This document shows positions 54,837 through 64,000 of a DNA stretch of 64,000 nt, in pieces. The stretch is from an uncultured Acidimicrobiaceae bacterium (GTDB lineage Bacteria; Actinomycetota; Acidimicrobiia; Acidimicrobiales; RAAP-2), in NCBI GenBank assembly GCA_963740535.1, contig CAVUEI010000002.1, forward strand, positions 59,743 through 123,742, read 5' to 3'. The notes beneath the pieces are model-generated. The model searched no databases. It was not told the origin of the DNA and was given only the letters and a program-made list of their open reading frames with translations. A program made the translations under genes and the position numbers. Position 1 is the stretch's first letter. Each line of letters begins with the position of its first letter.

Positions 54837-55076
54837 ATATGCACTCCTTGAAGACCGCGGCGTGGAGTGGTCATGAAGCCGCTCTACGTCAGTCACGATG
54901 GGCGTCATTCTTATAGGAATCCGATCGGCGATTCAAACACCCTCAGCGCGAAACCCCTGTTTTCGGTCGTACTGCTGGTACGAAGAAGCAGGTGGATCGC
55001 GTCAACGAAAAAATCCGAAGTTCTTTCGAACTGATCAGGAGGAACGAAATGGGGTCTGACGAACTACGGTCAAGAG

Positions 55077-55763
55077 ATGGGTGAAATGATCGAATTCGCG
55101 AGCAATGGATCGACGGCGGGAGGCTATCTGGCCACGCCCGCCAGCGGGAGCGGGCCCGGGGTGATCGTGATCCAGGAGTGGTGGGGGCTGGTCGATCACA
55201 TCTTGGACGTGTGCGACCGCTTCGCCGCCGCTGGCTTCGTCGCCCTCGCCCCCGACCTCTACCACGGGCAGAAGGTGCCGCCGGGTGAGCCGGACGAGGC
55301 GGGCAAGGCGATGATGGCGATGACGATGGACCAGGCCGCGCGCGACATGAGCGGGGCCGTCGACGAGGTCCTGCGGCGGTGCTCGGGCGATCGCATCGGC
55401 GTGATCGGGTTCTGCATGGGCGGTGGGCTCGCGCTCGTCCTGGCGACGCAGCGACCCGATGCCGTGGCCGCCGTGGTCCCCTGCTACGGCATCATCCCGT
55501 GGCCCGACGCGCAGCCGGACTATGCGGCCATGTCGGCCGACGTGCTCGGGCACTACGCGGCGAACGACGACTACTTCACACCCGAGGCTGCGAACGCGCT
55601 CGGCGAGCAACTGCGCGGGCTGGGCAAGTCGGTGGAGATCGTGATCTACCCGGACACGGACCACGCCTTCTTCAACGACACGCGCCCCGAGGTCTACAAC
55701 GCCGCCGCCGCCGGCGCGTTGTGGGACCGGACACTGGAGTTCTTCTCGGCGCGGCTGGGCTGA
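55077..55763 (+). CDS. Dienelactone hydrolase family protein
   Basis: GVIVIQEWWGL...IGVIGFCMGGGLAL...DHAFFN. Confidence 0.85.
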   Translation: MGEMIEFASNGSTAGGYLATPASGSGPGVIVIQEWWGLVDHILDVCDRFAAAGFVALAPDLYHGQKVPPGEPDEAGKAMMAMTMDQAARDMSGAVDEVLRRCSGDRIGVIGFCMGGGLALVLATQRPDAVAAVVPCYGIIPWPDAQPDYAAMSADVLGHYAANDDYFTPEAANALGEQLRGLGKSVEIVIYPDTDHAFFNDTRPEVYNAAAAGALWDRTLEFFSARLG

Positions 55764-55817
55764 GGCGGGAGGGCTGGGGCGGGAGGACCGCCCAGTCCCG
55801 TTTGTTACCATCGAGTC

Positions 55818-56758
55818 ATGTCCGAACGCTCACGTGATCTGCCACGGCGCTCGTGCCTGTCCACCCCTGGCTCCAACGAGAAGTTCCTGGCCAAGGCGCC
55901 GACGGTCCCCGCCGACATGACCTTCTTGGACCTCGAGGACGCCGTCGCGCCGCTGGAGAAGGAGAGCGCCCGGCCCAAGGTGGTCGACGCCATCAAGAAC
56001 CTGCCCTGGGACGATCGCGTCCTGTGCGTGCGCGTCGAACGCCTGGGACACGGAGTGGACCTACGGCGACGTGATCGAGGTGGTGGGCAACGCCGGCGAG
56101 CGCCTGGACGAGATCATGCTGCCCAAGGTGCAGTCGGCGGCGGAGATCGTCGCCCTCGACCTCCTGTTGACGCAGGTGGAGAAGAAGTCGGGCCTGCGCG
56201 TCGGGCACATCGGGATCGAGGCGCAGATCGAGACGGCTCGGGGCCTGATCAACGTCGACGAGATCTGCGCCGCTTCGCCCCGCCTCGAGACGATCATCTT
56301 CGGGCCGGCGGACTTCGCGGCCAGCATCGAGATGCCGGTGCTGACCGGTGGCGTCGAGATCCCCGAGTATCCGGGGGACCACTTCAACTACGTGTTCAGC
56401 CGGATTCTCATGGCCGGACGAGCCAATGGTTTGCAGGTGATCGACGGCCCGTTCCTCAAGGTGCGCGAGCTCGACGCGCTCCGGCAGTACTCCATGCGCA
56501 CGCGCATGCTCGGCTACGACGGGAAGTGGGCCCTCACGCCCGATCAGGCCGTCGTGCTCAACGAGGTGTACTCGCCGACGCAGGAGCAGTTCGACCGGGC
56601 CTTCGACATCCTCGACGCCTACCAGAAGGCCACCGAGGACGATCGCAAGGGCGCCGTCATGTTCGGTGACGAGATGATCGACGAGGCGAGCCGGAAGATT
56701 GCCATCAAGTTCGTGAGCCGGGGCCAGCGCGCTCGGCCTCACCCGCAGCCAGGGCTGA
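55818..56758 (+). pseudogene. HpcH/HpaI aldolase / citrate-lyase beta (CitE-like acyl-CoA lyase), frame shifts near 56037 and 56733
   Basis: RSCLSTPGSNEKFLAKAPTVPADMTFLDLEDAV...VRV, then NAWDTEWTYGDVIEVV...IMLPKV...FGPADFAAS...DGKWALTPDQ, then the tail G-LTRSQG* (stop 56756-56758). Confidence 0.8.
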
Positions 56759-56794
56759 GGACGCGCCGGACCGGCCGTTCAGCCGGCGAGACGG

Positions 56795-58399
56795 TCAGCC
56801 GATCAGCCGGCGGGCGATGACCTTGAGTGCGAGGGTTTCGTCGGCCCCCTCGAAGATCGACAGCACCCGCGCGTCGACGAAGTAGCGGCTCACGGGGAAC
56901 TCCTCCGCATAGCCCATGCCGCCGTGGATCTGCATGGCCTCACGTGTCACCCACTCCGCGGCGCGGCACACATACGCCTTGAGCATCGAGGCCTCCAGGG
57001 CTCCTTCGCCCCTCGCCATCAGCCGAGCCACGTGGTACGAGCTCTGGCGCGTCGCCTGGATGATGACGGCCATGCGACCGAGCTTGGCCTGGGTCAACTG
57101 GTAGTCGCCGATGGGCGACCCGAAGACGGTGCGCTCGGAGGCGTAGGCCACGGCCGCCTCGTAGGCAGCCTGCATCACGCCGAGGGCGCGCGCCGCCGTC
57201 TGCAGCCGGCCGTTCTCGAAGCCCTGCATCTGCAGGTAGAAGCCCTTGCCCAGCCCCTCGGTGCCGCCGACGAGGTTCGCCTCGGGCACGAACCAGTTCT
57301 CGAAGGCCAACTCGTAGGAATGCATGCCGCGGTACCCGAGCGTGTCGATGGGCCGCCCCTCGAGGCGTCCCGGCGCCAGGTCGCTCGGTCGCCCCGTGGC
57401 GTCCTGCGTGAAGACGAAGCCATGCCCGTCGCCGCGCGGCTTCTCGACGACGAACATGGAGAGCCCCCGGTGCGCGAGCGAGCGGTCCGGGTCGGTCCGC
57501 GCCAAGAGCATCAGCACGTCCGCGCGGGCGGCAAAGGTGCACCAGGTCTTGACACCGTTGACCACCCACCCCCCGGGCACGGGCGCCGCAGCCGTCACGA
57601 TGCCGGCGACGTCGGACCCGAAGTCTGGCTCGGTCACGGCGACGGCGGCGAGGATCTCCGCGGAGGCAAGTTTGGGGAGCCAGTACTTCTTCTGTTCCTC
57701 GGTGCCCCCGTAGACCAGGGCGCGGGTCAGGATCTCGGGCCGGGTGATCAGCGAGCCGCCGACGCCGAGCGAGCCCCAGCTGAGTTCCTCGGTGGCGACG
57801 ACCATGCCCATGTAGTCGCTCTCCCCGCCCGACGCGAAGCCGCCGTACTCCTCGGGCACCGAGAGTCCGAACCCTCCCAACTCGGCCAGGCCCTCGATCA
57901 CCTCTTCGGGGATGTCGCTGTTCTCGCGGTGCACGTGCTCCGCGTGGGGCCGGACCTTGTCCTCTGCGAAGCGGTGGAAGGTCTCACGGACCAGTTCGAA
58001 GTCCTCACCGAGGTGCCGGGGTCCCTCCGTCGTGGCCAGGCCGGCCAGCACCGCGGGATCGCGCTGCGTCTCCAAGAACGCGGCAGCCGGCGTGGCCCAC
58101 CCCGCCGCCGCCCCCCAGAGCGCCTCGCGGCCGGCCACCCGTCCCGCCAGCTCGGCGACGACGTCCGCCACGAAGGCGGCCGCGATGCGCCCTTCGAGGT
58201 CGCCGCGCTCGCCGTATTCGAGCGCAGCCCGTGCGGACGACAGTCCGGCGGCAGCGTGCGCCACGTCGTAGGCCACGACCTGGTTCGCGTCGATCCCGCC
58301 GCGGTCGCGGACGGAGGCGCAGGCCGAGTCGACGAGGCGCTGGGCCACGTCGACCGCCTCGGCGGCGCCGGCAAGCACCGGTCCAGAAGGCGTCATCAC
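56795..58399 (-). CDS. Acyl-CoA dehydrogenase with N-terminal extension
   Basis: 534 aa with VTEPDFGSDV and IHGGMGYAEEFPVSRYFVDARVLSIFEGADE. Confidence 0.88.
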   Translation of the reverse strand: MMTPSGPVLAGAAEAVDVAQRLVDSACASVRDRGGIDANQVVAYDVAHAAAGLSSARAALEYGERGDLEGRIAAAFVADVVAELAGRVAGREALWGAAAGWATPAAAFLETQRDPAVLAGLATTEGPRHLGEDFELVRETFHRFAEDKVRPHAEHVHRENSDIPEEVIEGLAELGGFGLSVPEEYGGFASGGESDYMGMVVATEELSWGSLGVGGSLITRPEILTRALVYGGTEEQKKYWLPKLASAEILAAVAVTEPDFGSDVAGIVTAAAPVPGGWVVNGVKTWCTFAARADVLMLLARTDPDRSLAHRGLSMFVVEKPRGDGHGFVFTQDATGRPSDLAPGRLEGRPIDTLGYRGMHSYELAFENWFVPEANLVGGTEGLGKGFYLQMQGFENGRLQTAARALGVMQAAYEAAVAYASERTVFGSPIGDYQLTQAKLGRMAVIIQATRQSSYHVARLMARGEGALEASMLKAYVCRAAEWVTREAMQIHGGMGYAEEFPVSRYFVDARVLSIFEGADETLALKVIARRLIG

Positions 58400-58450
58400 G
58401 GGCCGCGACCCTAATGGCTCGCCCCGACGGCCTCCGTCAGCCCGTCGAGT

Positions 58451-59095
58451 TCAGGTTCGTCGTCCGACCACCGTCACGAGTGGCGGCAGCACCACCGGAT
58501 CCTCACCGGGGTCAACGCCGGTGAGCGACTCGAGATAACGAGCAACGGGGCCGGGTCCGACCCCGGCCGGCGCCTCCGCCCAGGCGTCGACGACCTCCAG
58601 TCCGGCGTCGCGCACCAGCGCCGGGAGGAGCGCGCCGACATCAGGGTGGCGGGCATCGGGCATGGAGAGCGGGGATCCGGCGATCCGACCGGCCGACGTG
58701 ATGGGCTCCTGGGCGACCACCCAGCCGCCAGGACGGACCGCGCCGGCCATCTTGCGCACGACGGCGATCGGCTCGAGCACGTGGAGGAGGAGGAAGCGGC
58801 AGAACGCGAGGTCGACGTCCTCGGGCAGCGAGAGGTCCTCGCCGGCCTGGGTGAGCGCGATCACCTGTGCGTGCGCGGCCGCGGCGCGCGCCACCTCGTC
58901 GCGGGCGAGCGGGTCGCTGTCGACGGCGTACACGCGCCCGTCCCGCCCGACCATCTCGGCCAACGCCACCGACACGTCTCCACCCCCGGCTCCGACGTCG
59001 GCACAACGCCATCCCGACCCGAGCCCCAGCCGCTCCAGCGCCGTGGCCAGCGGGCGCCGGTAGACGTCGTCGCGCAGCCCGGTCAGCTCACTCAC
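58451..59095 (-). CDS. Class I SAM-dependent methyltransferase
   Basis: CADVGAGGGDVSVALAEMVGRDGRVYAVD. Confidence 0.8.
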   Translation of the reverse strand: MSELTGLRDDVYRRPLATALERLGLGSGWRCADVGAGGGDVSVALAEMVGRDGRVYAVDSDPLARDEVARAAAAHAQVIALTQAGEDLSLPEDVDLAFCRFLLLHVLEPIAVVRKMAGAVRPGGWVVAQEPITSAGRIAGSPLSMPDARHPDVGALLPALVRDAGLEVVDAWAEAPAGVGPGPVARYLESLTGVDPGEDPVVLPPLVTVVGRRT

Positions 59096-59190
59096 GAGGA
59101 AGCTTCGTGTCCACCGGCACCATGACCTGGCACTCTACGGGTCCCGGCCGGTCCGGGCCCCACCTCGGAGGCCCGATAACCTCCCCCTTC

Positions 59191-59625
59191 GTGAAAGTGA
59201 CGATGCTGCTCTGCGACGCGGCGCAGGTTTCTGACGGCAAGCTCTACATCCTCGGCGGCGGTTGGAGCATGACCGGTCCCGATCCCGTGCCCTCCGCCGT
59301 CGCCCTGAAGATCGACGTGGACTGGCACGAGGCCGAGACGTCGCACCATTGGGAGCTCTTCTTAGAGGACGCAGACGGCCGACCGGTGATGATGGAGACC
59401 GCCGAGGGGACCCAGCCGGTCGAGGTGCGCGGCGAGTTCACCGTGAGCCAGCCCCAGGGGATACCCGAAGGCTCACCCATCGACGTCGCGCTCGCGGTCA
59501 ACCTGGGCCCGATTCCGCTGGCCCCCGGCACCCGATTCGCCTGGCGGCTGACCATTGACGGCGAGGCGCTCCCCGGAGCATCGCTGGGCTTCACGACCCG
59601 CCCCCGCCCGGCGGAGGAGGAATGA
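59191..59625 (+). CDS. Conserved hypothetical protein
   Basis: VKVTMLLCDAAQVSDGKLYILGGGWSM... A compact all-beta-looking ORF whose end overlaps the MaoC start. Confidence 0.5.
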   Translation: MKVTMLLCDAAQVSDGKLYILGGGWSMTGPDPVPSAVALKIDVDWHEAETSHHWELFLEDADGRPVMMETAEGTQPVEVRGEFTVSQPQGIPEGSPIDVALAVNLGPIPLAPGTRFAWRLTIDGEALPGASLGFTTRPRPAEEE

Positions 59626-60134
59626 CGGTCTACGACCGGCCCTTCGGCCGCTATCTCGAGGACTTCGTCCCCGGTGACATCTACCGCCACTGGCCGGGCA
59701 AGACGGTCACGGAGTACGACGACCACCTCTTCTGCATGATCACGATGAACCATCACCCGCTGCACACGAACGCGTGGTTCGCAGAGAACGAGACGGTCCA
59801 GGGCAAGAACGTCGTGGTGGGCAATCTCGTCTACTCATTGGTGCTCGGCATGAGCGTTCCCGATGTCAGCGGCTCGTGCATCGCCAACCTCGAGGTCGAA
59901 ACGCTGCTGCACCGGGCACCGACCTTCCACGGGGACACCATCTACGCGGAGACGCGGGTGCTCGATGCCACGCCGTCGAAGTCGAAAGACGACCGGGGAA
60001 TCGTGACCGTCGAGACCAAGGGTTTCAACCAGCACGGCGACGAGGTCTGCTACTTCCGGAGGAAGCTCATGGTCTGGAAGACCGCGAACGCGCCGGCGCG
60101 ACGCCGACCCTACGGCGACGACGTCTGGGACTGA
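59622..60134 (+). CDS. MaoC-family (R)-specific enoyl-CoA hydratase/dehydratase
   Basis: 170 aa with FCMITMNHHPLHTNAWFA (hydratase-2 motif region). Confidence 0.85.
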   Translation: MTVYDRPFGRYLEDFVPGDIYRHWPGKTVTEYDDHLFCMITMNHHPLHTNAWFAENETVQGKNVVVGNLVYSLVLGMSVPDVSGSCIANLEVETLLHRAPTFHGDTIYAETRVLDATPSKSKDDRGIVTVETKGFNQHGDEVCYFRRKLMVWKTANAPARRRPYGDDVWD

Positions 60135-60135
60135 C

Positions 60136-61030
60136 GTTCGGCCGCTCCCGGCCGAGCGGGTACGGCGCTTCCGTCGTCGACTGCTCGAATGGGGGGAGCG
60201 GAGCCGCCGGGATCTGCCCTGGCGACGCACCCGCGATCCCTGGCGGGTCCTCGTGTCCGAGGTGATGCTGCAACAGACCCAGGCGGACCGTGTCGTGCCG
60301 CACTACGAGCGCTTCGTGACGGCGTTCGCGACGCCGGAGGACTGCGCCCGTGCTGGTGCCGCCGAGGTGGTGCGGATGTGGTCGGGCCTCGGCTACAACC
60401 GGCGCGCCCTGAACCTGCACGGGGCCGCCCGCACCATCGTCGCCGATCACGCCGGGGCCGTCCCGGGTCAGGACGACGCACTGCGCGCGCTACCCGGCGT
60501 CGGTCCCTACACCGCGCGGGCGGTGCGGTCGTTCGCCTTCGGAGAGGACGTGGCGGCCGTGGACACCAACGCGGTGCGGGTCCTGACCCGCTGCGTATCG
60601 GGATCGCCACTCACGTTGCGCGCCGCGACCGACGTGGGCGACCGCCTCGTCCCCGCCGGGCTGTCGTGGGAGTTCAACCAGGCCATGTTCGACCTCGGCG
60701 CGACCGTGTGCACGGCCGCACGCCCCGACGTGCGCCCGCTGCCCATGCGACGACAGTGTGCCTGGCGCCGGGCCGGGCCGGGCTGCGCCGACCCTTGGCG
60801 AACGAGCCCGAGCACCCGCGCCCAGAGCAGGTTCGCCGGCTCCGACCGCCAGGGGAGGGGCCGGCTGCTCGACCAGCTCAGACGGCGGCGGCGTGGAGAC
60901 GACCGAGTTGGCCCGCGCCTGTGGGTGGCCCGAGGACGCGGTGCGGGCCGACCGCATCGCGTCGGCGCTGGTGGCCGAAGGATTCGCGCGGTGGTCCGCC
61001 GGAGCCCACCCCGTCCTCGAGCTCCGCTGA
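60136..61030 (+). pseudogene. HhH-GPD A/G-specific adenine glycosylase (MutY-like), several frame shifts, start unresolved
   Basis: RRDLPWRRTRDPWRVLVSEVMLQQTQADRVVPHYERF...GLGYNRRALNLH...LPGVGPYTARAV...VDTNAVRVL. No in-frame start lies upstream of 60253. The Fe-S loop is broken at 60727-60745. The C-terminus ...ELARACGWPEDAVRADRIASALVAEGF...* is in ORF 60758-61030. Confidence 0.65.
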
Positions 61031-61079
61031 CTGCTGGGCCTCGCCGAACCGGTCACAGCTCGGCCGCGGCCGCCCGTGG

Positions 61080-61952
61080 TCAGGAGGCGGTCAGGAACTC
61101 AATGATGCGTGCGTTCACGAGTTCGGGACGTTCCAGGTGGAGGAAGTGCCCGGCATCGTCGACGATCTCCAACTCGGAACCCGCGGCCATGAAGTCGAGG
61201 GGGGACCCGATGGAGGAGAGCAACATGCAGCCGTCGTCGCGGCCGTGCAGGTAGAGCGTCGGCTTCGGGGTCGGGAGCAACGAGGCGGTCTGCTCGTCGG
61301 CGAGCTCCGCGACCTGCAGCGACGGGTCGTAAAGGGCGCGGTAGGTGCCGATGGCGGCGACGATGTGCTCGGGGTCGCCGATGGACTCCTTCACCCGGGC
61401 CACGTCCCAGGTCCCGTCGTAGCCCGGGGACCAGTCGCTCCAGAGGTGGTCGATGAAGGCGAAGTCGTCGAGCGGCAGCGCCACCTCGGCCAGGGGCGAC
61501 AGGAAGAAGAACATGTACCAGCTCTTCTGCAGTTGGGCGTAGGTGAACAGCGACATGCCGATGGATGCCGTCGGGGGGACCGCCGCAGTGACCGCGCGAC
61601 GCCACCGGTCGGGCTGGTGAGCGACCGCCCCGTAGGTGGTCAGCGCTCCCCAGTCGTGGCCGACGATCACGGCGTCCTCCCCGCCGCCCAGGGCGTCGTG
61701 GAGCGCCGTCGCATCCCTCACCAGCGCCCCCAGTTGATAGCGCCCGTCGGGAGGAATCTGGGTCGGGGCGTAGCCCCGCAGGAACGGCGCCACCGCTCTG
61801 AAGCCTGCCGCCGCCAGGTCGCGGAGCAGGTGGCGCCAGGTATGGGCCGTGTCGGGGAACCCGTGGATACACAGGGCGAGCGGCCCGTCCTCGGGTCCGT
61901 CGGTCAAATAGGCGAAGTCCAGCCCGTTCGCAGAGATGGTCCGTTGTTCCAT
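61080..61952 (-). CDS. Alpha/beta hydrolase (epoxide-hydrolase-like)
   Basis: Start at MEQRTISANG. Contains LCIHGFPDTAHTWRHLL and VGHDWGA. Confidence 0.8.
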   Translation of the reverse strand: MEQRTISANGLDFAYLTDGPEDGPLALCIHGFPDTAHTWRHLLRDLAAAGFRAVAPFLRGYAPTQIPPDGRYQLGALVRDATALHDALGGGEDAVIVGHDWGALTTYGAVAHQPDRWRRAVTAAVPPTASIGMSLFTYAQLQKSWYMFFFLSPLAEVALPLDDFAFIDHLWSDWSPGYDGTWDVARVKESIGDPEHIVAAIGTYRALYDPSLQVAELADEQTASLLPTPKPTLYLHGRDDGCMLLSSIGSPLDFMAAGSELEIVDDAGHFLHLERPELVNARIIEFLTAS

Positions 61953-61996
61953 GTGCGCGCAGACCGTACCGCCCGTCAGCGAGTATCGTCGCACGG

Positions 61997-62851
61997 GTGA
62001 ACGTCACGTTCTACGGCGTGCGGGGGTCGTGCCCGTGCTCGGGGGATCGCTATCGGCGGTACGGGGGGAACACCTCCTGCCTCGTCATCGACATCGAGGG
62101 TGATGAGCCTCTCATCGTCGATCTGGGCACGGGACTGCGTGCGCTCGGCGACGTCCTCGAGCGGGAAGTGCGGGCCCTCGGGACCCCGATGCACGCCACC
62201 GCGCTCCTCACCCACCTCCATTTCGACCACATCTTGGGCATCCCTTTCTTCGCCCCGTTGCACGACCCCGGTGCGCGGCTCACGGTGTACGGGCCCGCCC
62301 AGCCCAAGGGCAGCCTGAAGGACGCGCTGCACGCGGCCGTGCAGCCTCCGGTGTTCCCGATCCACATGGAGCAGTTCCGCGGCGAGCTGATCACGGTCGA
62401 CGTCGGGGCTGAGGACTTCTCCATCGGCTCGGCCAAGGTCATGGCACGGCCGATCCCGCACAGCGGGGTGACGCTGGGCTTCCGGATCGAGGCCGAGGGG
62501 CGCTCGGTCGCCTACATGTCCGACCATCAGGCGCCGCTCGACCGCCGCGCCATCCCCGAGGCCGTGCTCGAGCTGTGCCAGGGGGTGGACCTCCTCATCC
62601 ACGACGGCCAGTACACCGACGACGAGTTCTCGGCCAAGGCCGACTGGGGGCACTCGACGGCCGCCTACGCGGTGCACGTGGCGGCCGAGGCCGGCGTCCG
62701 CCGGCTCCTGCTCTCGCACCACGATCCGTCGCACACGGACCGGGAGCTCGACCGCATCCTCAACCAGGCGCGCCGGCTCCCGGAGGCAAAGCACGTCGAG
62801 GACGTGTCCTCGGCCCACGAATCGCAATCGATCGACCTCGGTAAGGCATAG
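61997..62851 (+). CDS. MBL-fold metallo-hydrolase
   Basis: THLHFDHILG motif. 284 aa. Confidence 0.8.
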   Translation: MNVTFYGVRGSCPCSGDRYRRYGGNTSCLVIDIEGDEPLIVDLGTGLRALGDVLEREVRALGTPMHATALLTHLHFDHILGIPFFAPLHDPGARLTVYGPAQPKGSLKDALHAAVQPPVFPIHMEQFRGELITVDVGAEDFSIGSAKVMARPIPHSGVTLGFRIEAEGRSVAYMSDHQAPLDRRAIPEAVLELCQGVDLLIHDGQYTDDEFSAKADWGHSTAAYAVHVAAEAGVRRLLLSHHDPSHTDRELDRILNQARRLPEAKHVEDVSSAHESQSIDLGKA

Positions 62852-62858
62852 CGCGCAC

Positions 62859-63335
62859 GTGTCGGGCCTCGACCGGGCCCGGTTCCGCGAGGTTCTCGGC
62901 CACTTCGCCACCGGCATCACCATCGTCACTGCGCTCGAGGACGGGGCGCCCGTCGGGTTCTCGTGCCAGTCCTTCGCCGCGCTGTCCCTCGACCCCCCGA
63001 TGGTGATCCTCGCCCCGGCCAGGAGCTCGACGAGCTGGCCCCGGATCGCCAAGGCGGGTGCGTTCTGCGTGAACATCCTCGAGGAGCACCAAGAGACCCT
63101 CTGCCGAGCTTTCGCCGTCTCGGGGGGAGACAAGTTCGACGGCGTCGGCTGGTCGCCGGGGATCACCGGATCTCCGGTCATCGATGGCTCCCTGGCCGTG
63201 GTCGAGTGCCGGCTGGGTGACATCTTCGACGGCGGTGATCACGAGTTGGTCACGGGCCACGTGGTGGCCACGGAGATCGGGGAGGGCAGCCCGCTGCTGT
63301 TCTACCGGTCGGGTTTCGGCCGTTTCGCCCCCTGA
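62859..63335 (+). CDS. Flavin reductase family protein
   Basis: FREVLGHFATGITIVTA...GFSCQSFAALSLDPPMV...GDHELVTGHV. Confidence 0.85.
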   Translation: MSGLDRARFREVLGHFATGITIVTALEDGAPVGFSCQSFAALSLDPPMVILAPARSSTSWPRIAKAGAFCVNILEEHQETLCRAFAVSGGDKFDGVGWSPGITGSPVIDGSLAVVECRLGDIFDGGDHELVTGHVVATEIGEGSPLLFYRSGFGRFAP

Positions 63336-63363
63336 CGCGTCACCCGCGCTACCCTCCGCCCCG

Positions 63364-63909
63364 ATGCCAGAACTGATCCCGTCCCCGGTGATCGACGGGG
63401 TGGTGCTCGTGCATCCCGACGTGCATGGTGACGAGCGGGGGCGCTTCGTCGAGACCTATCGGCGCAGCTGGTTCCCGAACGGCCGGGAGATGGTGCAGGG
63501 CAACCGCTCGGAGAAGCAGGCTGGTGCACTGGTCGGGCTGCACTTCCACCTCCACCAGGCCGACTACTGGTATGCCCTGCGGGGGCGGGCCCGCGTCGTC
63601 CTCCACGACCTCCGGCAGGGGTCGAGGACGGACGAGGCGACCGAGGTCATTGAGCTCGACGGCGCCGTCGACCTGGGCATCTATATCCCTCCCGGGGTCG
63701 CCCACGGGTTCGCCGCCCTGAGCGACCTCCTGCTCACGTACCTGGTGGACAACTACTACGACGATTCCGACGAGCACGGGCTCGCCTGGGACGACCCCAC
63801 GGTCGCCGCGGACTGGGGCATCAGCGACCCGATTCTCTCGCTGCGGGACCAGGGGAACCCGCGGCGGAGCGACATCCCCGACGAGATCAGGCCTCGCCTG
63901 GCGCGCTGA
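63364..63909 (+). CDS. rmlC: dTDP-4-dehydrorhamnose 3,5-epimerase
   Basis: DERGRFVETY...GLHFH...QADYWYALRGRARVVLHDLR...IPPGVAHGF. Confidence 0.85.
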   Translation: MPELIPSPVIDGVVLVHPDVHGDERGRFVETYRRSWFPNGREMVQGNRSEKQAGALVGLHFHLHQADYWYALRGRARVVLHDLRQGSRTDEATEVIELDGAVDLGIYIPPGVAHGFAALSDLLLTYLVDNYYDDSDEHGLAWDDPTVAADWGISDPILSLRDQGNPRRSDIPDEIRPRLAR

Positions 63910-64000
63910 CGCAGGCGGGTGACCGGGCCCTTCGATCACCCCCGCAGCAGCCATCCGCCCGGCCGGCGGCGCCCGGTCGGAGGCGCGGTTCTCAGCACCC

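Overview
This is a 64-kb high-GC chromosomal segment. Hand counts of single 60-nt lines give about 80 % G+C in core genes and about 53-55 % in two accessory stretches. Gene content and signals look like an Actinomycetota genome.

Layout:
- 1-35 kb is essentially a branched-chain amino acid (BCAA) supercluster: ilvD, ilvB-ilvN-ilvC, serC / aspartate-type aminotransferase / serA, leuA, greA-leuC-leuD, and leuB-ilvE-citramalate synthase. Three short leader-peptide attenuators sit upstream of ilvB, leuA and leuB.
- Accessory blocks interrupt this cluster: an RHH regulator plus DUF4097, DUF899/cupin, a secreted GH5, two ArsR-SRPBCC pairs, a P450, an SDR, a GHMP kinase, a methyltransferase and an ABC-2 exporter.
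- 35-43 kb holds assorted small enzymes, partly in a lower-GC stretch: CocE/NonD hydrolase, alpha/beta hydrolase, PPOX, acyl-ACP desaturase, VOC, RibD-C reductase, SRPBCC, Mug and GNAT.
- 43-52 kb is a beta-oxidation-type cluster flanked by two TAGAAC-NN-GTTCTA (KstR-type) palindromes.
- 52-64 kb carries lgt, an NlpC/P60 hydrolase, dienelactone hydrolase, a citE-like lyase / acyl-CoA dehydrogenase / MaoC module, a mutY-like glycosylase, hydrolases, a flavin reductase and rmlC.

I recognised no rRNA, tRNA, CRISPR array, transposase or integrase.

The dominant technical feature is that more than two dozen conserved genes can only be read across frame changes. Some changes are clustered and compensating, which is most simply explained by consensus indel errors. 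The ends I give for those genes are reconstructed by eye.

I did not find a convincing new multi-gene system. The best leads are regulatory:
- three attenuators with a shared architecture;
- three apparently leaderless autoregulated small regulators with perfect operators;
- an exact AT-rich 14-mer shared between an ArsR operator and a KstR-type operator.

All coordinates were counted by hand.
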